From Antedon mediterranea (taxonomy: Eukaryota; Animalia; Echinodermata), in assembly GCF_964355755.1 (NCBI RefSeq), contig NC_092674.1:24180001-24244000 (forward strand): a DNA stretch of 64,000 bases, given 5' to 3'. The notes under the pieces are model-generated. The model was not told the DNA's origin, ran no database searches, and saw only the letters and a list, made by a program, of their open reading frames with translations. Positions 50,160 to 61,046 of the stretch are shown piece by piece (positions within the stretch are counted from its first letter, which is position 1; every line of letters begins with the position of its first letter). Position numbers and translations under genes: made by a program.

Positions 50160-52594
50160 TAATTGATAACTTGTGTAATAGTATAAATAGTTTTGTAGTA
50201 AGTAACGGCCTTGTGAAAAACACCAATATGGTGATTCAAGTGTTGCATCCGTTTTAAATAAAGTTGTTATTATTATGAGAGTTTCATTACTTTTGCTTTT
50301 CCTCTTCACCCCTGTCGATTGAAAAAAAAATTCACTAGTGGTCATACCTGGATATCACCTTTACAAGTTGCACAACAGAACCACAAATGGTTTGTTATGC
50401 TCTTGGTCCACAATAATAGGTGCTCATTTCCCTTCTTTTTACCACTTGCCAAGACTTTCTTTTTAATGCCTGAAATATTTGATAAAATATACAATATAGT
50501 ATTAGTAAAACAATTTATGAACTTTACAAACATGATTACAGTATATACTGTACTCGCTGGTGCTACACTAGTAGACTAGAAGAAGTGTCAATTGAAATTA
50601 CACTGTGCGAGATGAGATAGATTAGAGCAAACTCATATAATGCTCATTTGTACAATATGTATATGGTGCTTATTTATATACTGATGAGAGTAAAAAAAAT
50701 GAAGGATTTAATTTGGTTTTAGTTTGTTAGAAAATTATTTTACTGTATCAATCATACCTTTACAAACATGCCAGCAATCAAGCTGATGTGATATCTCCCA
50801 GTATTCGTCCTTCATAACTTTTCTGATTGATGGTGATCTGTCAGTTGTGATTGTTTTGATGTTGATGCCATGACCCAACAAAAACTCTAAACTTCTGATG
50901 AAACCTTCCTTTTCCATTGCTACTGAGCTGGAACATTCCGTCACTTGTATCAGCCGAGCATCAACAATTTTGTCACTTTTCTCTTCAATAAAAGAGTACG
51001 TAGAATATTTTGCGGAATACCCTGGCGAGTCTGACCGGGCGTCCCCCAAAATTGAGATAGTCTCATTATCCAAACTTCTTAAAATGAGTTCGGCAATCAT
51101 CACATCTTGTTGTTCCTTATATGCTTCATTTATGACTGGCAACAAATAACATTTTTGAATTTGATAAAAACTTGATGATGATAAAAAATGCATATCAAGA
51201 ATTTTAGCAAAATTATTAATTGCTTGATATGTGTTTCCACTGTACAAAATAGCAGAGGCTGTAAGTAAATTGATTTCTGCCATTCCACGAACATCTGGAC
51301 AGCTTTCCCATTTGCCAAAGTGATATTCAGTACATTGCCAATGTACAATTATTTTTGCTCCCCTGTATAACACATTTGTTGATATTATCTTCTGACCGCA
51401 TTCTTGGCATCGCTTAAACATTTCAAGCACACTATCAACATTGACTATCACTTTTCCTGTAACATTATCATCTACTACTTCTATTTCTTCTTCAGAGGAA
51501 GAAGAACTGTCCTCTTCTGGTATCCATCCCATCAACTCATTTCCATGTGATGATGAAAAGCTTACATTTAAGTCCTGTAAAATTATAATATTATATAGTT
51601 TACAGAATTTGATATTACATACACTACGCATTCACAAGTTGGTGAAGATAGATAAACCATAAATAATCATACCTCATCATTGCCATGTACTGATTTTTTT
51701 TCTTGGACATCATGTGATGTATGTGATGATTCTGAGCCTGTGAAAAACTAAATATATTTATTTTTCTTTAATACCATTTCTACACAGTAACAAAAAATAG
51801 AATTGTTTTTTTAAACTATAGTTAGTGTTAATTGTTGTTGTTCTCAATCACCAAATGATGGCTAGTAGTTAGTAGGCCTAGTTAGTAGTAATCATCATTA
51901 TAGCATTTTTCATTTAAAAAAAATAATGCACTAAGAAAGGGCCTATCTCTAGCTAGTAGTAGTAGTAATACTATCTAGCATAGGCCTAGGCTATATTTTT
52001 TCTTGTTTGGATTTATAGGCTAGGCATAGCCTAAAATCCCTAGGCCTATATCATAAATGTAATATTTTAATAATGTACAGAGTAGTAGGCCCAGTGAATT
52101 TTTAATTTTTTTTTAGGCTTAGCCTAAACATAAAAAGAAAAAAAAACTTATTAGGCCTATAATTTACTTTGATATATTAGGCCTAATTATTAATATTATT
52201 GTTCTGGTGGTAAATTCATCATTGTTCTTACCGATTCTTGATTACCAGCCTCCTGTCTTTTTTTAAATGCACTTCTCATAGTTGTACTACTAGGTTTGTT
52301 AAATGCAAATATACTTGGTACTGCGTCAGGTTTCAGGCGGTGTTTTGGCTTGTAAAGATGCGGAGCTAGATCGTGTTTTGGGTCAGGTAGGTAATCTGAC
52401 TTCATGAAGTGCTTTCCACAAACTCGCAAAGTTCTGTATGTCGACGGCTTACAGCCGGGATTCAAATTAGCGTTTCTAATAACAGTTAACCATCTTCTGG
52501 CCAACGCCTTATCATTTGGAAAGGTATGAAAGGGTATTCCATCTAATCGGGCTTTTTCGTATTCCCGACAATTTGAAACAATACACGCCGGCAT
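46541..52594 (-). CDS. Kolobok THAP-DDE transposase; exons 52594-52246, 51737-51673, 51574-50758, 50469-50348, 47437-47209, 47116-46970, 46815-46541 (667 aa)
   Basis: THAP C2CH motif (MPACIVSNC..FP..W..VCGKHF..AVPSIF), second Cys/His cluster (CQEC..C.EYH), GDARSDSPGYSAKY, TTDRS, LDCWH, HTGTLESYH, PKR. Exon lengths sum to 2004 nt in frame; the exon 1 donor is inferred from phase. Confidence 0.88.
47720..50277 (+). mobile_element. 5'-truncated CR1/L2-group (Crack-like) LINE in intron 4 of the transposase, antisense to it
   Basis: Endonuclease end (EPTR..LIDH..ISDH); a single frameshift in the A-run at about 48290; then an open frame through NYRPIS, LDLKKAFD, PQGSILGPLLF, YADD and KLWNSL to 50092. 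AATAAA followed by a short (ATT)n tail. Confidence 0.92.
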
Positions 52595-53415
52595 TTTCAG
52601 TTCCCTCTCTCTACTACTACTCTACACAATGTTGATCACACCACCGTCACACACACGAGGAGGAGCAAGCTCGCACACGGCCCAAAAATCGCTAGCTAGC
52701 AGAGAAAAAGTTTTGAGTCCGATATGGTTGAATGATTCCAGAACGTCATACGTCATGTTTCTACTAGCTACTCTTCGGGTCCCATAGACAACTCTCGCAA
52801 AGCGCGAACATTTCTAGTAAACACACTTTTTAAATAAATCGTAAAAAATATAAAAGTTGAATTGTTTTATTGTTTGTTTTGTCTATCTGGATATTGAAGT
52901 GTTTCTTCAAAATACCAGGAAAACATTTTGGCAAATTTAAGTAATTTAAAAGGTTAAATAAGCAATTGAAGTGACGGTACCTATTCTATTGTATGGTAAC
53001 AACAGCGAAAACTCATTAAGTAGATTATGCGATGCACCTGTGACGTCACAGCAATTTACGGCGACGGCTGTACGGCGAGCGCGTGCGGCGATATCCTCGA
53101 TTTCGCGATGGTTCTGAAATCATATGTATACCCCTAATACGTTTTTAAAATATGGTCCTCGGTACAGTTGTCCTTTAAGGGACACTTGCTTGTGAAACGA
53201 ATAAGGAGAACTATGAACACTATATGGCCCGTCAACCTATTCAGGGGACTCCTATATTAAAGTTTCAAAGGTTCTACTAATGTCTGTAACCTGCCACACT
53301 ATTTTAGTTTTCGAGAAAAAAAAAACCGGTTACGTGATTAGAGAAAGGTCGTATACCACCAAGATTTGCCTTCGATTCGTAATGTCCCTGAATACTGACG
53401 CGCCTAAATATATTG

Positions 53416-53499
53416 GGTGTGCCGTAAGATTGTTGAATTTGTTGTTATATAATATTTAATCTGTTTTCCTGCTTTCTCACACCCAAGTCAGTTTATAAG
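53416..53499 (+). promoter_or_regulatory. Putative promoter of paralogue 4: GGTGTGCC motif plus TATAAG, shared with paralogues 3 and 5
   Basis: GGTGTGCC at 53416-53423 and TATAAG at 53494-53499. Reverse complements lie at 40444-40451 / 40367-40372 and 61186-61193 / 61101-61106. Confidence 0.55.
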
Positions 53500-53552
53500 T
53501 CCGACAGTTAACCATTAAATGTTAGTTGACTATTGGTTGATTAGTGATCAAC

Positions 53553-56500
53553 ATGATGGCTTTTGCACATAAAGTACTCGTTGTTTTGCTTATTATTCCT
53601 CTGAGCCTGGTGGCGGTAAGTCAATTTTTTTTAAAAGCTAGGTCTATCGTTAAATGAATCAAAGATTCTGTTTATTGCCTATATTACAGATATGTTGTCA
53701 TACCCTTTTGTATAATGTAGAAAATTACGGCAGAGTATAGAAAAATAGGGACTTTTCGATTTAGACGTCTACTATGTCGACTGGTACGTCGACTGCCAAA
53801 TTTGAGAACTTGTTTAGTGTCGTTGCCGTTTGCTTTCTGACATGAGTACTAGACTCGACGTCACAACACAAAGTTACAAAGGAGTTCGTAGGCTACATGA
53901 GTACTTAATTACAATTTTATACCTTCTATGAAATCTACCGATTGCTGTTATCCACCAAAAAATAGAAAATTCTAAAAATGTTTCTATTATTTTCCAAAAC
54001 TTATTATAGGGAGAAGGAGAAGAAACAAATATACAGGAAGAAACAATACAGTATAAAGATCAAGAGGGCAACAATATCTGGAATTTTTTTTTTGGTGGCG
54101 AGTATGATGTTGGTAAGACGGTTATTTTGATACTTTTTATGAACTTAATTAAGAATGATTCTAATTGGCAATCTGCAATCGAACTTACAGCGAAAACATA
54201 ATCGGTTTGTTAGTAGTAGTAGTGGTAGTAGTGTAGTTTCTGTAGTCCAAAAAAAGAAAATGAATTTTTATTCTTTCTCTTTATTTATTAATAATAATAT
54301 ATATTGTTCTGTTGAATAAACCATTTCACATAATAGTAATTCACTTTACTTTAAAAATTGGATAAAATATATATAATTTCAGATAAAAAACGTAATTTAA
54401 AGATTTTCTGATTATTTCACTTTTATAAGCGAAATCATTACTTTGAATAAATTTATTAAAGTACAAAATTACCTATTTAAATTTTGATTTTATACATCTT
54501 TATTTTTCATGGTTTTGAGTACAAAATACATCTTCAAGTTGACTTAAATTAGAATCAATGATATTATAGCCTTCGGCTTATTACATCTCTCTGATTGGAA
54601 TGAAGAGTGAATCGTTAGAGCGCCACCACTCGAGCGCCACTGATAAATGAGCTGTTGTTTGAGTACCACTTAGTTTTCTTTTTTTGTTATATTCTATTTA
54701 TATTATATTTGGATCAATCAAGATAGTATGAGTCACCGGTTTAACATTTAGTAGCCAATACATAAATAATGATAATATAAACACTCGAGTACCACTGTAA
54801 GATAAGCATTGAAATGTTTGTGAGAGCGCCACCACTGTGTTCTACTGTAAAATGAAAACACGGTTGAACGTTTGAGCGCCACCACTTGTCGATTTCTAAT
54901 AAACACTGAATTCAATAATATAGTTGTTCATATTTGGCGGGGAAGTCATCAGACTATCTGGCGGACCGGCAATAAAACAAACTAAACCAACTATATTTAG
55001 GAATATGAAATGTTACGTGATATAAATATGTTACCGTTTTGTTATTAGTTAGTCATATTTTTAGTGTCTTAAGCTTCGTGTTCATTATAAATAGTTGAAA
55101 CAAATGATATAGGCTTTGGTAAAAGTGTATTAATGAAGAATAGCACTATTAACATTATTCATAATGTATACGTAACTTTTTAGGCACTCAACCAGAGAAC
55201 TATCGTCGCGCTGGTTGTCCAGAAAAACCAATGACTTGTAAAACAGGAAAAACTAGCGCTATATACACACACTGGGGTAGTCAAGAATGCAATCCCCAAT
55301 CCACCGAAGTATATAGAGGTAGGATACGATTTTACATTATATATTAATGACAGACTTTGTGAATTGAGTAATAGAGTAAAACATGTGACATCCTATTAAG
55401 CGGACACTTTCCCGTGAAACAATAAGAAGAGTGTGTTTCAACACTACGGCCAACCCCTATTTAGGGGACGGGTGTCACGAAACCTAAGAACACGAAAGCT
55501 CAGACCCCCTAAGACCTAAGATCACGAAAGCTAAGACCCAACACCTAAGATTACAAATACTAAGATATACTGCAGCTTAAAAACAATACTTGTTTATCCA
55601 TACATAATTTTAAACACAGTAGGTTTAATTTATTACCATAAATATAATTTAATACTACCGCAAAACATAGATAAACTCACATTATTTTCGCCCGTTGAGT
55701 AATGTATATTTTTTCTTTACAACAAACAAACTTGACGGGTTGTTTGTTGGTATATATTTACTCCATTGTGTTGGTTCAGAGGATGTTTTTCTTACGCACC
55801 TGCCTTTCTTGTATTTTGACTCCAAATTTGTTGACTAACTTTATCCTGAACACCACACTTTAAAATTAGGACTTATAAGTACTTTCAGAAGGAGAAACAC
55901 ATAATAACAAATAAATAAATCCTTTAAATTGATGATTTTACAGATGTGTTTCTTTGTATACTGTAATGTAACTCCTCGAGCTCCATGCTCAATGTTTTTG
56001 TTTCTATGGAGCGCCAAAAGAGCAACAATAATAGTACAAGTATAAACACAGAAAGAAAACAAAACAAAAATTAAATTAAATTAAAATTTATTTGCCAGTA
56101 TTTATTTCTTCGTACTTGCATGATTATACTATTATCATTACAATTTTAATTTTACATTGTTCCATCCACACTGTAGATGGACTCCACAGAGTTTTCAGCC
56201 CTCTATATAATGTTTGCTCTTTTGACGTTCCATAGAAACAAAAACATTGAACATGGGGTAGGCCTACTGTACTCTGGGTCCACCCTGTACTGTAGGCTAG
56301 TCATTTTGGGTGCAAGAAAAACGTCTGTAAAATCATCAATTTAAAAATGTATTTGTTACTTTTTATGTGATTCTTTTTCATGAAAGTGCCAATTCTAAGG
56401 TGTGGTATTCAGAATAAATGTTTGGAGTTAAAATACAAGGCAGGTGCGAAAGATAAATATTTGTAATCTTAGTGTTGGGTCTTAGCTTTCGTGATCTTAG

Positions 56501-57209
56501 GTCTTAGGGGGTCTTAGCTTTCGTGGTCTTAGGTTTCGTGACACCCTTTAGGGGACAAGTATAAGTGTCAAAGGAAAGACAATTTATTTTATTAGTGCCT
56601 CTTGAAAGGAAATCGTTTCGGTTTGCTTACACCGCTGTGTGCGTTTACATTTATTTTGTACGTTGTAGCTATAATGGTCTAAATCAACAAATTCATTTTT
56701 TTCACTGATCTTTCTTATTTGATTAATTAGGATACGTCGGCGGAGGTCATTTTTCACATTTTGGGGGTATCAATAACCCCCTCTGTTTACCAGATGCACC
56801 CGAATACAACGAAGAACTTACAACTGATGGTGGCGGTGAGAGGTCTAACTTATACGGTGCGGAGTACCAAACCAACACGTACAGCCCGTGGTCCAGCTCT
56901 CATGACAAGGATATGATTTGCGCTGTGTGTCTTACAAAAGGCCGATCAACAAATCTGATGATCCCAGCTAAGCGTACGTGCCCCGAAGGCTGGACCAAGG
57001 AGTACGAAGGTTTATTAATGGGGGGTCACCACAGTCACGCAGGGGGACATGAATCGATTTGCGTCGATATAAATCCTGAGGGTAGACCAGGCTCCATGGC
57101 AGACCTAGACGGTATGCTGTTTTTTCCAGTCATAGGAATTTGCGGTTCATTACCATGCACTCCATATATTGCTAACCGCGAGTTGGCGTGCGTTGTATGT
57201 ACACGGTAA
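53553..57209 (+). CDS. Secreted spongin/short-chain collagen C4-like domain protein, paralogue 4 (exons 53553-53615, 54010-54112, 55184-55318, 56731-57209; 259 aa)
   Basis: MMAFAHKVLVVLLIIPLSLVA; motifs NIWNFFFGG, IYTHWG, YGAEYQ, CAVC, GGHHSHAGGH, CGSLPCTPY, ELACVVC; intron phases 0,1,1. Confidence 0.87.
55470..56546. mobile_element. Mutator/MULE-like non-autonomous foldback element in intron 3 of paralogue 4
   Basis: 10 bp TSD TTTAGGGGAC (55460-55469, 56547-56556). TIRs of ~90 bp begin GGGTGTCACGAAACCTAAGA and are built of CTAAGA/CACGAAA repeats. A further internal inverted repeat lies at about 55795-56010 versus 56229-56450. Confidence 0.85.
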
Positions 57210-59163
57210 AAACACTGGCACTTTGGTATAAACATTACATTTCATGTATTTAACTTTCCTTTTAGGCCTATCCATTACATTCTACTTTAATTGATACTTG
57301 TAATCTATTCAATATAAGTTGTATATTTCTTGATTGTGTTATGCAATACGATACACAGTGGTAATTCTCATTCTAATAAAAGCAAAAATATTATAATACA
57401 TATTATTATTGATAATAATTATGCCTACTCTGAATCTCATCATCTGAATATATCTAATCTCATTTGTAACTTTTATGTATTTTTGTGCGTACGCCGTTTG
57501 AATGAATTCCAACATTTTTGATGGACCAATAATATCTTATTATCTTTTCTACTTCTTACTATAATAACGTTTCTCCAAAATCAATTAAAAGGGCTAATTT
57601 TTAGTAAGAATGTTTAGCCGAAGTTCACAAGACTATTAGGTGCCTAAACATGTAACATTATCCAACAAACATTACAATAAATCAAATGAAATAAAAACAT
57701 ATGCTTGTGAGTGTTTTTTTTTTCATTTTTTAAAACTTCAATCATGCTTTGAGACACGTGATTAAAATCGAGGTTAATGATTGGTTCTCATTGGAGACGC
57801 AATATAACATAACGCAACGTAAGTGATTTGACCAATCACAAGCGATGGATTATTCGAACTTTCGCTTGTCATTGGTCAACGCGCTTGATTTGCATCTACG
57901 TTTTTGCGTTGCGTCTAGTTTTGACTAAGAAAAATAGGTTTTGGCATACCTGCTCCCCTAAGTACATGCATATGATTGGCCGAGCAGATTCAGATTCAAC
58001 ATTTATTTCTTTCATCTATAATGTTTAAATATCGGCACATGTAACCCTACCGTAACATCCTCTCTTTCTTCTTGTTGGGTCTTGCATTTCTTAGTTTTAG
58101 TTCTAAAAATATCAATTATTTCTTGACTTATGTTTGTAAATAAATTATTACTCTCTTTATGCTGCTTATTTTCACACTCATGTTATGTCATGTTATTATG
58201 TCTATTGACTGAGAAAACATTGACAGAGAAAATGACATCGCCATCATCGTTGACGTCGTCGTCGTCGTCGTAGCTTAATATTTTGATGTCGCATTTGAAT
58301 TGATCTCTAAAAGTGGTGACGTTAGCAGTAAAAAGAAAATAAACTAAACAATAATATATTTCTTCACTAAATGTATTTTATTGTTGCATACAACTTTAAT
58401 AACAATATATTTGGAATTTGGTATCAGAAACATAGGTGTAGACACCATTTTTAACCTGCTATTTCAATTAAAAGTCAAGCTATACGTCAAAATAAATCTG
58501 AAATGGTAGCCATTTTGTTTTTCGCGTTTTTAGGATGAAGGACTAAAATTGCCTAGCCTATACTAAAAAACTTGTTAAAAAAATTGGAATTAAGTTGATT
58601 TTTTTTCGACTTTATGGGCTATCCTTGATTTCTTATTTAATGCATTTGCTTGTAAGTTGTTTGTATTCATTTTGTCGTGTAATCTTATGTTGAAACCGAA
58701 AAATCAAATCAAATACAATATTCAATTTTTCTCAAATCTGGTAGTTGTGAATAATAGTATTATTGAATCTATCAATACAAATAATTCTTGTAAAAATGAT
58801 GATTTACGTTAGACTATTAGTTGTTATGGTTAAAGGGTGACTCCGGTTTACACTAACATCCATATCTTATACAATTATAGGAAAGTCCTATAAGCACCAC
58901 ATTATTTAGGTTAGGTGTTATTTCACGATGCTCGTTCGGCTTACAGACGAAATATAAGCGGGGTTACTATCAATGTTTTGGCAAATGTTTATATTTTATA
59001 ATAAACTAGAAATTCCATACCCGGAGCTACCTTAAGTAACAGATAATGATGAACTGAAAATACATTTTATTAAATACTTTCTAAAAAGAAAGTTTTAGTT
59101 ATATAGTAGTAAGTTTTTCGCTGGATAATGAAAAAAAGAGGAAATGAAAAAACGTTGAGTTGT

Positions 59164-61046
59164 TTAACGTGTACATACAACGCAGGCTAGCTCTTGGGTA
59201 TTGACATACGGTGGACATGGCAATGATCCACAAATTCCTACGACGGGATAGAGCAACAAACCATTGTCGTTTGCCACGGAACCATGTCTGCTTTGGGGAT
59301 CTCCATCAATGCAAAGAGATTGCTGCGCACCTGCGTGAGCCTGGTGGCCACCCATTAATAAACCTTCGTATTCCTTTTTCCAACCTTCAGGGCACGTACG
59401 TTTAGCTGGGATCATCAGACTTGTTGATCGGCCTTCGGCAAGGCACACGGCGCAAAGGGCATCTTTGTCGTGGATGGTGCCCCATGGAGCATAGGTGCTG
59501 GTTTCGTACTCAGCACCGTATATATTAGACCTAGAACCCCCAGCAACAACCAGTGCGTCGTTGTATTCTGGCTCATGTGGCAAACAGAGTGCGTTTGAAA
59601 GACCCCCAGCTTGCGTATAATGACCTCCGGCAATATATCCTGAAAAATAATAAAATCTGGATATAAAATAGTTGTTTGAAGGCCCCTTTTTGTATCACAA
59701 ACGAAAACGAGCCGAGGTTAAACAATAAAATAAAGCATTGATTAAGATTTTAAACATCATTTTCTCACCAGTATAAACGATGTGCACGTTTGGATTGCAA
59801 TCTTGGCGACCCCAGCGTGTGTAGACAACAGTCGATTTCCTCGTTTCACAAGTCACCGGTACTTCCGGGCAACCATTATTTTGGTTATCTACAAAAAGAA
59901 GTTTTTACAATTGATTATTGCCTCTAAAGCCGATTTTTCATTTGGCGAATTTGTTTGCGCGAATCGAAAGCTTCAGCTTATACGCATGCGTCTTCGTGTT
60001 TACATCTTCCAAATCTTTTTCCACGCATGCCTATAAGCTGACGCTTTCGATTCGCGCGAACAAATTCGCCTAGTGGAAAATCGGCTTTAATATTTGAATA
60101 GAAGTTTAAAAGTAGAAAAAAATTATTGAATAGTCGTATGGGTAGTTTAATAGCATTAATCATTAACGTACTATATACCCTTCTGTCCATTAGTTAAGTG
60201 ATGGATTTAGTAGAATAGCATGCTTCGCATCCCACGCCTGCCTCCACCACAGGAATCATTATTTAATTGTTGTACCTCCTAGACCTTATACTCGCCACTG
60301 TGGAAGTAACTTTCTAATTTTTTAGGTATCATTGTAGGCCGTGTGTGAATAACCCGCTTCGTTGTTTGGTGCAGCTATAAGAATATAGAAATAGTGCAGA
60401 AACCAATCATACCATCACCGTATCCACCGCCACCAAAAAAGAAATTCCAAATGTTCTTTCCCTCACTGTCTTTAAACTGTTTTTCTTCTTCCTTTAAATA
60501 ATCGTTAAAATAATGACAATGTTGTTCTTATAACAGAATATGGGGACGATTAGAGTTCATGACGTACCGCGACGCGCCGCAATTTAAAGCTGTCTATAGT
60601 CGAAAAGTCTTCGTTAAGAGCTTAAATCTTAGATCCAAAAGCTTTGCAGTCGCATGGCGCGTTGTGAAAACGAAAGGCTGCTAATGCGTCAAATCATAAT
60701 GATCATCATAATCATCATGATCATGATCTTCATGATCATGATCATCATCATCATCGGCGCATCATCTGTAAGATCTCTGCAATATTCTATGTAAATATTT
60801 AAATAATATATTGCTGAATAAATGTGTGAGTGAACATTATACATGATACCATCATCTTAACGATAGCGATTATCATCATACTTAAATATTCATTATTTAC
60901 TTTTTTTTTAACACGTGTGATCAGCATCCATCCATTTTGACATAAGTAAGGAGAAATATTGTAAAATAATGATTGCTACTTACCATGCACTGGGTAACAT
61001 GAAGTATGCACAAAGCAAAGATTACTTTGTAAGTCAAAACCAACAT
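59164..61046 (-). CDS. Secreted spongin/short-chain collagen C4-like domain protein, paralogue 5 (exons 61046-60984, 60491-60413, 59888-59769, 59639-59164; 245 aa)
   Basis: MLVLTYKVIFALCILHVTQCM; motifs NIWNFFFGG, VYTRWGRQDC, YGAEYE, CAVC, CGSLPCPPY, ELACVVC; intron phases 0,1,1. Confidence 0.87.
59928..60086. mobile_element. Harbinger-like near-palindromic MITE in intron 2 of paralogue 5
   Basis: TAA-AGCCGATTTTTCATTTGGCGAATTTGTTTGCGCGAATCGAAAGC...GCTTTCGATTCGCGCGAACAAATTCGCCTAGTGGAAAATCGGCT-TTA. Confidence 0.78.
60693..60754. repeat. Imperfect (ATC/ATG)n microsatellite
   Basis: ATCATAATGATCATCATAATCATCATGATCATGATC... Confidence 0.7.

Larger units (their letters stand above)
44310..53174. 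mobile_element. Kolobok-superfamily DNA transposon, autonomous-type, with 477 bp TIRs
   Basis: TTAA TSD (44306-44309, 53175-53178) and AG...CT termini. TIRs at 44310-44786 and 52698-53174, with one mismatch seen. Convergent THAP-DDE transposase and KolX genes. Confidence 0.93.

Noticed and set aside
45496-52594. Host P2X7 receptor gene and host THAP transcription factor gene
   Set aside because: No P2X transmembrane or ectodomain exons are present. The THAP exon splices in frame to a DDE core, and both genes lie within TIRs with a TTAA TSD.
44306-53178. piggyBac assignment from the TTAA TSD
   Set aside because: The termini are AG...CT rather than CC...GG, and the transposase motifs plus KolX fit Kolobok.
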